Source: a virus
DNA length: 64,000 bases
IMG/VR virus record: IMGVR_UViG_3300047994_000087
Location: 64,001 to 128,000 of that record
Reading direction: 5' to 3' (one strand)
The notes beneath the pieces were generated by a model. That model saw nothing but the letters and a program-made list of their open reading frames with translations, was not told the DNA's origin and searched no databases. Both the position numbers and the translations under genes were made by a program. Positions 48,322 to 61,298 of the stretch are shown here, in pieces; position 1 is the first letter of the stretch, and every line of letters begins with the position of its first letter.

Positions 48322-51300
48322 TGGCTTTCTTCTAACCCCAAGATTGAATTGATTGTTCTAGGCGTCTTATCTACCTGATCAGCAATTAAATTAGCTTTGC
48401 AGTACTCTTCCCATGCTTTTCTAAGCACCTCTGTATTACCAACATAAGAAGTCTCCTTCCGCCCATAGTCATTCGTACCTGGACCAAACACTCTGTGCTT
48501 CGCTTCCAACGCCTCCAGAGTCTTCGACTTTACAGACATCTGTTCTTTCAAGGCCGCTATCTCTAGTTCCTGAAGTACTAACAATCTGAGTATATGCAGC
48601 ATCAATCGCTGATCATCGCTGACCCGTTCAGGGTTGTTATTCCCCGCAATGAAAAACCATAGTTCCTGAGCTGTGATGTTGTCTTTATAACTATCAAACA
48701 TCTACTTCACTCCTGTATGTGGGAAGGTGGTGTAGATCCTGTAATTTCAAATACCTCTGTATAATCATCCGGTGGATGTCCCAGTAGATGAGTAAGCATT
48801 GTTCTAGTGGCTCTCCGTGCTTCTTCTAACGATCCAAGCTGCGTTGCCGCCCACGGCATTTGCCTAGATGCGTTCTGAACTTTGGACAGGTTCCCTAGAT
48901 TCTGGGCTACTGCACGTCCGTTGATCTCTTGCAGCCAAGCTGTCCAAACATTAGTGAAATCGCGGTGGTATACGACCTTATAGGTTTTCTGATTGTCTGT
49001 GATAGACACTGTCTTTCCTCTCAACAAAGATGAAGTGATATCCCTTTGCTTTAGAGTAAGACGACCTCAACACTCCGCGCCGTTTTCTAGCTTTACGAAT
49101 TAGTCTATTTAAGAAGGCCCATTTTGACTTGGTTCGACGAGTGCTCACTAAAACTTACCGGCCAGTTCCAATATGAATCGCGCCAATGTTATGGCGTCCT
49201 TATCGGTAATGAATACATCAAGATTCTCTGTGCCGTTCTCTATTGCCAAATAGATCCGTCCCTGTCCACCTTCTGTAATACGTAACATGTTGTCTCCATC
49301 ATCCATGTATGTGGCACGAGGATATCCATTGCCGTGGTCTATGTTGATGTTGTCACTCAGGCGCTCAGGTCTAGCACGCTGCTTAGCATGTGCCCAAAAC
49401 TCTTCATCAAGAGTGGGAACATCGTCGTCCTCTTCAGGTTCTAACACTGCCGACATTAGTCTTTATCTCCTGCCCAAGGTCCTAATTCTTCATACAACGC
49501 TTGTAGGAAAGCCTTCCCTATTAAATGTTCAGTCAATTCGCCACTGAACTGATAATCACTATCAAGCTTCCACACCGCCATTACCTTCTCAACTATCCGG
49601 TTGTTACGTGCTTCTCGCTCTGTCATTAGTCGACTGCTCCAGTAGCTATGGCACTAACGTCAGGACTGATACGAGCAAATTGATCAAGAACTTCCTGTCG
49701 ACCAGCGTCATAATTATTACGCGCCCCTTCTTCATACCAATGAGAAAGCTGCCTATAGAAATTAGCAATGGATTGATCACGTTTGGCCTGTATATACCCA
49801 CACGCCTCTTTGTCATTCTCTAGTGCCAGTTGCTTCTCGTACTCTAGAATCCTACTCATGTGTAGTTGAAAATCATTGTTCATGGACATGCCTTTACGGT
49901 TGCATCAACTTGGTTGCGCTCTTCTAACAATAGAAACGCCCGTAACCCTTCTCTCATAAGACTTAACTGGTTAACAGCTCTATCTACCTCCGTGTCCAGC
50001 TGGTCTATCTCGCGTTGTTTAGATGTGATCTTCTCTTCCAGTTCAACGATAGCCTCTTCTAAATCGACCTTGCCAAACTTATCCATGGATATATTGAACC
50101 TCTCCTTAGTAACGCGCCCAGCATGGGCATTAAACACATCTACCATGTGGCTCAAGACTTCCAACTCATCATCGTTGACTAGGGTCTCTTCCAGAACGTC
50201 CTGGTTCTTACAATCTTTGATTGCAGAGTATGTTTCCCTTATATTCTCTCCATTCAAAGACTCATGCCAGCGCTCACGCTCATCACAGAACCAGGGAAGT
50301 GGGTGTTTGGCTAATAGCTGATCGACGTGATGTTGTTTCATTTACTTATTCTCCACGTACTCCAAGTATTCATAGAAGCGGTCTAGCTGCTTACCAAGCA
50401 TCCCGTAGTCCTCGTCAGTTATTGGTCTGTTTCTGTCCATGGGACCAGGCTTTAATTCGGCCATTATTGGATATTTCTTCTTGTACATGTCGGCAAGTTC
50501 TTTGTCACTCATTATCGACCACCTTCCAGCTTCTTGTCCCATTCTTCCGGTGGCCAGGCCTCAGCAAATAGCTCTCGTGTGTCGAACGGCCATTTGTGCT
50601 TGCATTCGTTGCACTGCCACCAATACTGTAATGGCTTGTATTCTTTCAGCCCAATAATCTTGCCGCCGCAGTTGATATGCCTGTAGATCGTCGGTCTACC
50701 CAATTCTTGTGAAACCGTTGTTGGCATTGTATCCATCAGCGGTTGTACGAACACGACTCTGCCTCTGATCCTTATCGTACAAACGCTCGACGCGCTCCAG
50801 GCCCTTAACGTATTCTAGAATCTTCCGCTGGACGAACTCAGGGTCAATAACTGTGCGCTCACCATTGAAGTAAGTAGGTTCATGCTCCGCTGCAAGCAAT
50901 GAGTTTTTGTATAAGGCCAATAGCTTTTCAAACTTCTCGCTCATCTCACTACTCCATCAGCTCTCATTCTTTTAAAAGGAGTCCGCCTGCATCCAACGGC
51001 TTCAAAGGTGGCTTCAATCCAATCACAGTGCCGTATGTCATCGACCGCTTCTTTAGGCGTCAAGTCTTTATGACGGCTCCAGCGTAATCCATTGTCTTCA
51101 TCCCGACATTCGAACTCAATCCAATAGAAACTATTCCCATCGAACTGGACACAGTGATTAGGAGCATTGTCGAAGTAATAACGAACGTATTCTAGTTCAG
51201 GCACTGACTCCGCGCTCCTGTGAGGTGGCAATAATAGGCATCTCAAACTCATGGCTGACTTTCACCCAGTACTCTTCAATGTCCAGTAGGTCGAACTCGT

Positions 51301-52482
51301 CATTCATAACGCTCGTACTCCACAAGGGTTTGCATCTGACCCACTACCAAACGAGGGATATACCTAAGAATCTTGGCTAACCCTATGCCTGGAAGGTTTG
51401 ACACAGGGAGAAAGTCGTCAAGATCTTTATGTAACCTCAAATCTTTCTCAAAGGCGATGGCCTCTAAGCCATAAAGCGTCAAAGTCTCACTCACTGAATT
51501 TAACCTCTCAGTCCATTGATCTGTGTCGGTACGTCACCACCCAACTCACGAAGGCGGTTAACCATCTTCTCCAGATATTCCAGTCTGCGAGTCAGTCCAA
51601 CTTGTTCAGTTTCTAATTGAGTGACTTTATCTCTCAAAGCCCCCAGATCAGGCTGATCGAAAACATTATCATAATATGGTCCTGGGGAGCCTGAGGCGGG
51701 TATTGCCTGAAAGTCCACTTCTGGGCTGCCAGTGTTCTGCTGTTCTTCTGTCATTTATCCACGTCCTTTGTTGCTTGTTTTCTATCAATGCTCTCAATTG
51801 CTGCCACTGCGAGCGCTGCTATCTGAATTAGTTGCTTCCGGTGCTGCTCTACAGGATCTGCGACAAAGTTCAGGCACCGACTTCTAATATAATTGAAGAA
51901 GTCCCATGGTCTGTGTTTGTCATCATGTTCAGGACCGCCTTCACTTGCACAACCAGTTCAGCTTTTAGTTCCTTGTACACGTCTGGTTCTATGCCAGCCA
52001 AAGTGTGTTTAATGCCGCAGCGGTCATTGAGGTCGTATAACACGGCCTTCACTATCTTCTTGGCTAATTTCTTGTTATCACTCATCCCGACACCCATTCC
52101 CCATCTTCGTTGATAACTATCGACTCCACGTACTTTGGAGCGTTAGGGTCTAGCTCTTTTATAAGATCCCACTCTTCTTGGTCATGGCCAAGTCTGGCGT
52201 GGTAGTACCACTGGTTTCTTACAGCGTCTTCCCAGGAATAGCCGCTGTCCCCTTTGTCAGCTTCTTTGATATGCTGTTCAAAGCTTCTTTTCATGTCAGC
52301 TAGTTGTTGGCCAAAGATGTACTCCTCGACCTCTTCTTTACTGCCATTGAAAAGAGTAAAAGCATCGACTACTGTCGACCACACTGCATATAAGCCATTA
52401 GGTTGCTTGATGATTATTTTGGCCATACATAACCTCTTTTACCGGAACGTAATCAACCCACTTACCCTGAGCCAATAAATCT

Positions 52483-52512
52483 CTACTAGCGCTACCGCTA
52501 TTATTCTGTCAA
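52483..52512 (-). promoter_or_regulatory. sigma70-type promoter, near-identical copy of 45470-45499
   Basis: Reverse complement TTGACA-gaataatagcggtagcgc-TAGTAG. Confidence 0.65.
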
Positions 52513-53779
52513 GTTTCAACCTACCATCAAACTTGCCCAACATCTCCAGCTGTTTTCTGTAACTTCGAAAGGTTTCAATGCTGAAATCTTCCATCAGAAC
52601 CACTTCACCGAATGTGCTATAGCCCCCAGTGCTATAGTCATCACGACACCAACAACGAAACTCCTCAGCAATACTTGGTCAATGAATCGTTGATTCTTTT
52701 CGTCTATAGCCCTCATTGCACTCCATACTCCAGGCGCGTCCCCAGTGTATTCATGATTGTCTACATATTTGTCGTCGCTCATTCTTCCATCGTCAAAGGC
52801 TGCCGCCTGATATGCGTTGTAATTGCCGAAATACCAAAGGGCTAATTCAGGCTGACCGTCATCTAAAGCCTTATGAGCACGATCATACACGTCTGATCGG
52901 AACTCCATCAGCTCAGACTTGGTATACGCAATATCAAATTCCTTGAGGCTTCTGATCTCGTCTTTCAGTTCCTTTTCCCTATCCTTGTGCCATTCAAGTG
53001 TCCGCACAGCATTGTCAGCCATTTCCTTAAGCTCGACGTTACGAGCTGCTGTGACATCTAATGCCCTCTTCAAGTCAATCACTTCATCAAGCAGCTCATG
53101 TATACGCGTGACCGCTCGTTCATATCCCATCTAATCAACCCACCCTGGTGGAAACGTAGTCAGCCTGAACTTCTCGTCCCCTAACGTGCCGCCGCACACA
53201 TGCTCAGGAACCAACTTGAAGAGTTCATTCTTAACCTCTCGTGCCGACACTGGATCAAACCAACCGATCACATACATAACCAACTCTTTGAACGTCATTG
53301 GACGTGCATGTAACGCACGCATGATCAACACGTACAGGCCAGGAAAAGGTTCAACCACCTAAATACTCCTTCCCTTGTAAGTAATCAACCACGTCATCAT
53401 CTGGATGTCCGTGAACGTCATCACCCATCTTGTACAGCCGCTCCAGCGTATTCACGTCTACCAGTGGTACGCTCTCGATCTCTGCCTCATGCTCGTGGTC
53501 CACAGGGTCATACGGCCCTACAAGTTCTTCGAACTCACTTGGGTATAGTGACACCCTATACACCGGCTCCTGGGGGTCTGCATTCAGCTCACAGGACAGT
53601 ATGGTGAACTCCTCCATAGCCTCATCAAACAGTTCGTCTACGGTCAGGTGAGTGCACGGTACGTTAGGGTACTTGATGCTTACCACGTCCCCATTATTCA
53701 AGAAGAACTCAAACAGTATGGTGAACAGGACTTCTGGTGTTGGGCATTCGTCTCGATCTAAAGTTGCCATGTCAATCCC

Positions 53780-54931
53780 CTAATGCCAGTCTGTGAGTTC
53801 GTCCGCACCCTTTTGGGTCAAGTAACTGTCTGAAATCGCTTTCAATACTTTACGACCATTCCAAGACTGCTTCTCATAAACATCCTTCAGAACTACCCCT
53901 TCCCGTATTTTCTGGCCGCCCACAGTAGAATCTCCTTCCCTCATTGCACTAATCAACGCAGGTGAATAAGTTCCTAGATACAAGAAAGGCACCATAGGCA
54001 ACTCTCTCTCCTCACAGAAGGCCTTGAACTGCTCATAAGGTAAATACTTGTAGTCCACCTTCACGTCATAGACAAACAAGCTGTGCTCTCCAGGTCCATG
54101 CCCGTAGTTGTACTTCGCCTGAACTCCATCACCTACAATCTCCCCATATATTGCTTCATTGGGCTTGAGTTTGCTAGGGATATCGTACTGCTTGGATATT
54201 TTTCCATATATGTCAAAGCCGTAGTACAGCTCACCTCTCTTAGGCTTACGTTGCAGCTGCACATTACGTGACCCATAGCAGAACTGATAGGCGGGCAGTA
54301 GTCCAAAGAACTTTCTGATCTTGTCCCATAACGTCGACGCAACTGAGGGGAACAAACCAGCCCTATATGAGGTTCCATGCAACTTTTCGGAAATATAGAC
54401 TGTGTCTTCATCCGTAAAGATCTGTGGGTAGTTTTTCCAGTTGCTAATGTCGTTATACTTCTGGAAGGCCGGATTGTTTCCAGGCTTCCGTTGTCCGCTT
54501 CCGCCGACCTGCATATGCTGAGGCAGCGAACTAACGGGCGGCTCGTACTTGGTGATCTGAAGAAGCTCAGTAACATCATCCCCCAACTTAGCCTTACTCA
54601 GCGCTGGGTACATCTCAAGCAACTCAGGACTGAAATCGACAATCATGCCTTGGCTGATGGCACCACGAAGTTTGATTGACTTCACACGGCTCTTAGAGAG
54701 AGTGACCTTACTTCCTATTGGGAAGAGAAAGTCCTCCAGTTGCTTAGGGAGCACTGCATCGATGGGAATGTAGATAGTCTTATCGCCCACCTTGTAACGG
54801 GGCTGCCCATCCTCTGTCCTTGAGGTAACCACCCGCCAACCTCTCACTGCAACGCAGTCAAGTCTGTCCGCATTGGGATGTCTCTCAATACTTTCTATTG
54901 CTACCACTTCAACTCTGAAATCGCTTCCCAT
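53780..54931 (-). CDS. RNA ligase, DRB0094 (Rnl2-like) family
   Basis: N-terminal OB fold (HPNADRL, LRGAISQG); motifs EKLHGTS, YGEIVG, YDV, REGVV, LKAIS. Confidence 0.92.
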   Translation of the reverse strand: MGSDFRVEVVAIESIERHPNADRLDCVAVRGWRVVTSRTEDGQPRYKVGDKTIYIPIDAVLPKQLEDFLFPIGSKVTLSKSRVKSIKLRGAISQGMIVDFSPELLEMYPALSKAKLGDDVTELLQITKYEPPVSSLPQHMQVGGSGQRKPGNNPAFQKYNDISNWKNYPQIFTDEDTVYISEKLHGTSYRAGLFPSVASTLWDKIRKFFGLLPAYQFCYGSRNVQLQRKPKRGELYYGFDIYGKISKQYDIPSKLKPNEAIYGEIVGDGVQAKYNYGHGPGEHSLFVYDVKVDYKYLPYEQFKAFCEERELPMVPFLYLGTYSPALISAMREGDSTVGGQKIREGVVLKDVYEKQSWNGRKVLKAISDSYLTQKGADELTDWH

Positions 54932-57900
54932 TTTTATTCCTCTGCGAGTGTTCCCGTTGCTTCATATGTAAGCTCCGCAAAAGGCGCAGGCATAAGAATG
55001 CTGTCTTCGCCACCTCCTTGATTTGCCGGATCTTCATAAACTGCATTCAATGCTTTGGAACCGGTGCCGTAGTTGACTTTATCGTCATCAACCACCACAA
55101 CATCTTTGGTCAGTTCCTTCGCTCTATTGATCAGATCCTCGTCTACTAGAACCGCCTCTTCCTCTGCCGCCTTCTGCGCAGCTTCAAAGGCTTCCAGCTC
55201 TTCCCGCACATCCTTGAGCGACTGCGTGCCTTCGGCTCTAGCTACGAACTCATGCCAATCACTTCCATCACGGCGCCGCAAGAAACGCTCAATACGCTCC
55301 TCAGGAAGTCCTGACAGGAAGGCAATCTCTTTCGCGCTGTACTTGTCGAACACGTGCAAATAAAGTGCCATGCTGGCTGTTCCAAATTCTGAACGTGTCA
55401 TCGTCATCTGTGCTTGTGTACTCATTCGTTTATTTCCTCAGTTGTTTGTTTGTCTTGTCCGTAAAACTCTTCAATAATCCGACCGTTACTGGCTATAATT
55501 TCTTCGTTTGACATACAGCAATTACAAAAGTCAAACGAAAGCACTCCGCCCTGTATGTTTGCGTGCAGCGGCCTTGATAGCGTGATCACGTCTTCCGTAT
55601 CTTCTTCCGTCACGCTAAGTCCTCCCACTTCTCCAGTAGCTGTTCCTGGACCATCTGCACAAAGTCTTCAAGCTCCTTCTTGGAGCAGTCGAAGTACGTC
55701 ACTATCTTCCGGCCTTCAAACACCACAAAGCATGCATCACCGTCACTGTTCTTTCCAACGATCATCAGAGGGCTAAACTTCTTACCGTCCTCTTCAATCT
55801 CCTGACCACGTAGATGGATGCTTGTGTCACAGTCATATTTGACCAAAATCGGATTTGACTTCATTTACTGAACCACATACCTACAATGCCGACCACAAAA
55901 ATGCCCACCAGCACTGTCAGCTGTAGAACCACCTGTGCAAGAAAGGGGACAATGCACCACATGTATCCAATGTGGATAATCTTTAGTGCTTCCAAAATAA
56001 CCAGCACGAATGAAAGCCAAGCTAACATGGCGTCTACCTCCCAATTAACTGTCCTTAGATCCTAATAGCCCTGATGTGCGTCGAACTGCATAGCCGTCAT
56101 ATCATCTGAGTCTTTCTCTTCGACCTCTATGGGTCCTGCATAAAAGCCACTGTAGTTCTGCATGGCACCGGAACGCCATTGGTTTAACTCATTACGTGCC
56201 GCTTGCAACTCACCCCTCAACTGTAACAGAGCCTCTGTAGGGGTTGGTGCTTTTCGCCGTCTTTCGTCCATAACTTCTGCGTCCATCTTTTCGACCTCTA
56301 TCCAGGCCATGCGGAGTTTCTCTTTGAGAGATTCATTCTCTGTTCGCAACTTAGAAACTGTCTGCTCCAATATGACTTCTCTCGGTTCCTTCATCTCAAT
56401 CCACTACAAAACTTACATACAAACAGTACTACTGCACACATACACACAAATACTCGCAGCATGACGAAGGCGACTGCCTTCAGGGTCTTCCTTGCAAATT
56501 CCTCAAACACTTTTCTTGACTCTCTCATTGTTTAGGTCCACACGCTTCCGACACCGCGAGAGGGAACAACTCCTTGACACACAACAAGAATTCAACAATC
56601 TCTGTCTTTGATAAGTAGAACACCACTCCCGGATTGGGGTCTAAATTCACTTCGACGCGCAGCACATCAGTCTTGTTTAGAAGCCTATCCCCTTTGGATA
56701 TGTGCATCTCTACTTGGGAGCACTTTAGGTTGAATTCTTTGTTGATCATCTCAACATATCCCACAGCTTGGTCTTGAGTTCCCGCTTAGCATCTTCTTTC
56801 GCCTGCCATGCCCTGTAGTCGTCTAAGCAACGCTCATCTAGTGTCACGTCAGCAACTCTCTTGATCATTCTGATTGCGTCCAACACAACCTGGACATCGT
56901 CATCTCTCATGGGCTTGTCGAACGTCACTACGCAGCCGTTATATCTATCTGTCATTCATCCACCCATTTAACTAGTTCTTTACTCCAAACCTTTCCAGGA
57001 GGGCCGTATGCTATCGCTATTAATTTGGCCCCTTCAAAGCTGCCCTCTTTGTTGCCCCAACTCTCTTTAGTCCCTTCAGGCCATGGCTCTGCCTTAGCTT
57101 GTTCATCTATTCCGCTAGCATATGCTATGAATGATTCTTTCGGCACCCAAGTACGCAAATGATTGACATGCACTTCTCCAACAAAATCCTCCCACTCAGG
57201 CGTCAAATTCCAGCCCCAATCAATGTCATTCATTCTTCCACCGCACCCGTAATGAATTTGAGTGACCTCACTCATCAGCAATAAACGAGCCTCCCCAGGT
57301 CATACTGGCCCGTCCTTCATTGCGTCCTCTAGTGTGTCTAACATAATCTGAGGCATGGGTCCGAGATCTTCAACAGAGCATTCCTCATTAGTCATTATGT
57401 TGAGCGCTTCCGTCAGGCCCAACACTTCCTCATACCTTTTGATGGCAGCGAGCACTTCTTCAGGAGTCATCTCTACTTAAACCCCATTACGAAACAATTT
57501 AGCCTTGTCCCTATCGACCATCAATACACCAGTCCTAGTGCCATAAGTAATCCCCATCTCACGCAGACCAAGATCACCAGGATACTTAGTTTGTCCTTGA
57601 CCAGGAACAAGCTCACCTGTGTTAGCTTCGCGCCACACGTACACACCATTCTCCTGAAGGTGCATAGTGGCAAGGAAGGTGCCCTGATCGTTGATCACCA
57701 ACTGAATCTTAGGGTCAGTTCGCCTTTTGTTCTTATGGCTTGGCATGATGAACAATCCCCTCGAAATAAAGACTCTGTTCTCTAACCAGGCACGACACAA
57801 GCGGCTGAATATCGCGCTTTGTCCGCTCCAATGAAGCATAAGCGTTAGCTTGGTGCCGTTTAGCTTCAGTCCCCAAGCCTTCCATAGTGAGCAACACTTT

Positions 57901-60773
57901 CATAGCTCGCTCAATATGCTGGTCTGCTTCCATCGCCAGCCGCATCCTGATCTCTTCTGGTGAGTATGCTGGGGCTATTTTCTGTTCTGTCATTTTTCGT
58001 CCTCTACCTTATGGAACCCAACCGTTCCTTCCTTCTGTCTACGGTAAAACTCTTCTCGATAGGGCTCCAAAAACTTGGGCACATATCCGAATCCCCGCAA
58101 GTACCACCCAACCAGACCGATCAATGCATCTTCTCCAACTGGCTTCAGTATGTCGTCGACTTCCTAGTCATTCGCTGTCATAATGCACCGTCTGCGAGTA
58201 ATAGACGCGCTTGTCGTCGTTGTTCCAGTCTTGTTGCAGGCACTGTCTCAGTCGTTCATACAGTCCTTTACGTTCCGACTCAATCTCCCCAGTCCTTGGT
58301 AGATAGATCACGAACTTGTCGTAATCCTCATCACTTATTGGGGTGTCGCCAGACTTGACACGAATAGGTGAGCCTATGTTCTCTTTGCCGAAATAGACTT
58401 TCATCTCCAGTGCATCTCCATGTATAAGGTCGCCCTTGCCATTCGTTCGACGGCCTCAAGTCTCTGGTGCACCTGGAAGAACTCCAGGCCTGTAACAATC
58501 GTGCCGATACTCAACAGCATCATCACAAAGAACACACCCTTATCGTGCTTAGTGTCCATCATTCTTCTTTCGCCTCAGCATTGTCCTCTGGGTACAAACC
58601 AGCGGAGTAAGCAAACGACACAGCCCTAATCAAATAATCCAGGTCCTGGTCGTTAAACAATATTGCCCGCTTCATGCGGTCTGGGTCTTGTCGTAAGTCC
58701 TGCTCGTCTTGCAACAGGTCTGTCACATCTTTCATTGATTTTCCTCTTCTTCCTTGATTTCCGACTTAAGCAAGCTCTGTGTCAATTCCCGTGATGCATC
58801 TTCAAAGCCAGGACCGTCGCTGCCCCACTCCTCAATCATGTGTTGTTCTGCCAGCTTGAATAATTCGGGCATACGCCGCACTAATTGACCAAGCTCTGTC
58901 TCAGCTGCGGACTTTCGCCACTGAATCAACTCAGCAGACAAGGGACTAACCGCCCAATCTTCTGACAGCTCCAGGACCTTCTGTTTGGCCTCTCGCAGCT
59001 CTTCTTCCATCTTACCGACCTGCTCAACAAGATCGCTGCCAGTCACAACCACAGCGCCACCAGCGGACAAGTCATGGCTGGCCGTCTTCCAATAAACCGA
59101 GTGCTGTTCTAGTTGATCAATGATTGCCTCAAGCCTTCGCACGGTCTTGATCAATAAACTCTGCGCGTTCGGGTCACCTTGGGCATGGCAATGTGCCAAT
59201 CCAACAATCGCGTTTATTAAATCGCTTGTCAGTTCACTCATGGACCACTCACCGTATAAGCCTGCTTCAGCCACTTCAAGTACTTAGTCAACTGCAACGC
59301 TTCCTCATGTCCTGGACCTACGAACTCTTTGATCGTCCCTGAGTCTGGGTCAAAGCAGTAACCGACTGACAGCTCAAGCTCCAACCGTTCCGCGCATTCA
59401 ATTGCTTGGTCTATGGTAAATATGTCGTCGCTCATTACTTATTCTCCAATGCAGCCTCTATCGCTGCTTCCGGTAACCATCTAGGGTCTCCAGTGATTGA
59501 TATTGGATCATCGTACAAGCGCTTTAACTCTACTTCCCAAACAGGAGATCCGTATCGAGGAAAGTGAACGGTCAGACCGACACTGTACGGGTCTGGTTCC
59601 TCTATGTCATTGTCTAAAAGGGCAGGCATCCTGCGGACCAACTCTCCAAGCTTCTCATTCTTTAAGGTCATCTCAGGATTACACGTGTGCTCGTCGACCT
59701 GATAGGCCTCACACAGAGGGCACGCAGAGGCCATTTCAACTCGTTCTCTCAATTGCTTATTTTCAATCTGGAGTCTGTGCTCAATGCGCTGACATAGTTC
59801 GCGTATACGGAAAGACGCAGCCTTCCAATGGGCAGCCACTTTCCTGGCTTGCATAAGCTCAGCATTCTCTTTCTCAAGTTCAGTACACAGCGCATGGTAT
59901 GCAGCATCACTAGCCATCAGTTGATCCGGTCGTGCTACGTCATAACACGCTATTCCGCGCTCTGATGCAACAACCGCATTTATCAACGGTCTCCATTTAT
60001 CACTGAGTGTCATCTATTAAAGTCCTAAGCTGGATGATTGTATTGACTGTCTTGCAGCTCCGCCGCTTTCTTCACGTCTTCATGAATGAATGTGCTGCTT
60101 AAGTTCTCTATGTTGCTTCAGGATGTCGATCAGGTCATTGACACCTGAAGGCAAAAGGAGTAATACGTATGTCCTTTGTTGGATGCCTGTTCTTATGCAC
60201 AACCAACAACTCAAGCATGTACTCAATAGATAGTGTTTCTGCCACCGGTTCTTTCTCCTTCTCGAAGATCTCCCAAAACTTACTCATACGCTTGTCCACC
60301 TCGATTTATACTCAACACAGTGAGAGCACGAGAACCATGCGTAACCAACTTTACCCATACCACAGTTGGTAAATATTGCCTGCTTCCACTTGATGAAGAC
60401 CCATTTATGCAGCCCTATGTCACATAACATTGTCACCACCCACAATGCTGACACGAGTCACGCTCATGTATAGGATAGCCACACTTACATAGCTGTGCAT
60501 CCGTTCTCTTCATCGCTGCTCTCGATATCACATGTACTCCAGGGACTTCTGGTCTCGTATCAGCCATTTCAACCAACTTGTTAGTGAGTTGTTTGATGTA
60601 CTCAGCCTGTCCCTTTATGTGCCTTTCCATATCGTCAATTGCTTCTGCAAGCTCTCTAACCTTTGCCGGTATTACATAGATAGGGGCATGCGCATAGTCA
60701 GACATCTTGTAAGGCTGCCCAGACTTCTTAGATGCTTCCTTGATCTCAGTAAGTAATCGGTCAGTCTTCTTAC

Positions 60774-61298
60774 TCATTCATTTGCTTCCAGGAACGTGCC
60801 GCCTGCAATGAGATCCTTACCCTTAATACTTTCTCCTGCCAGGAGGGCTGAGAACTCCTGATGCTTTCCAAACTCAGGCGCTGCTTCAGGAATGAGTACA
60901 AGCTCTGTGCCTTCCCATCCATACACAAACTTGCCTTCCAGGCCTTTGCCCTTCATGCAATTTGCATTCTCTAGGACATAGAGCAAGTTAGGCATAGTGA
61001 TCTCAAACTCAAAGCCGCGAGGGTCATACACACGTGAGTAAGTCTGTCTGGCATCCCATCCTCTGCAACCACCGCCTGCCATCTTATTGAGCACGAATCC
61101 TTCAGTAGGCACATTGTCATATTCAGTGTTATCTATCTTCTCATCACGCCAACTCTGCCACGACTTCTCTTTACGGAGCACGCCCTTAGCGTCGTAGTAG
61201 ATGACGTATGCAAGTTTGCCTGTATAAGTACCCTTGCGGTCCTGGTAGCCTACGTTGATCCGCTTGGGTATGTATATTGTGCTGTTCATCCGTTCCAA
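60774..61298 (-). CDS. conserved phage protein
   Basis: VGYQDRKGTYTGKLAYVIYYD, VYDPRGFEFEIT, FVYGWEG. Confidence 0.65.
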   Translation of the reverse strand: MERMNSTIYIPKRINVGYQDRKGTYTGKLAYVIYYDAKGVLRKEKSWQSWRDEKIDNTEYDNVPTEGFVLNKMAGGGCRGWDARQTYSRVYDPRGFEFEITMPNLLYVLENANCMKGKGLEGKFVYGWEGTELVLIPEAAPEFGKHQEFSALLAGESIKGKDLIAGGTFLEANE

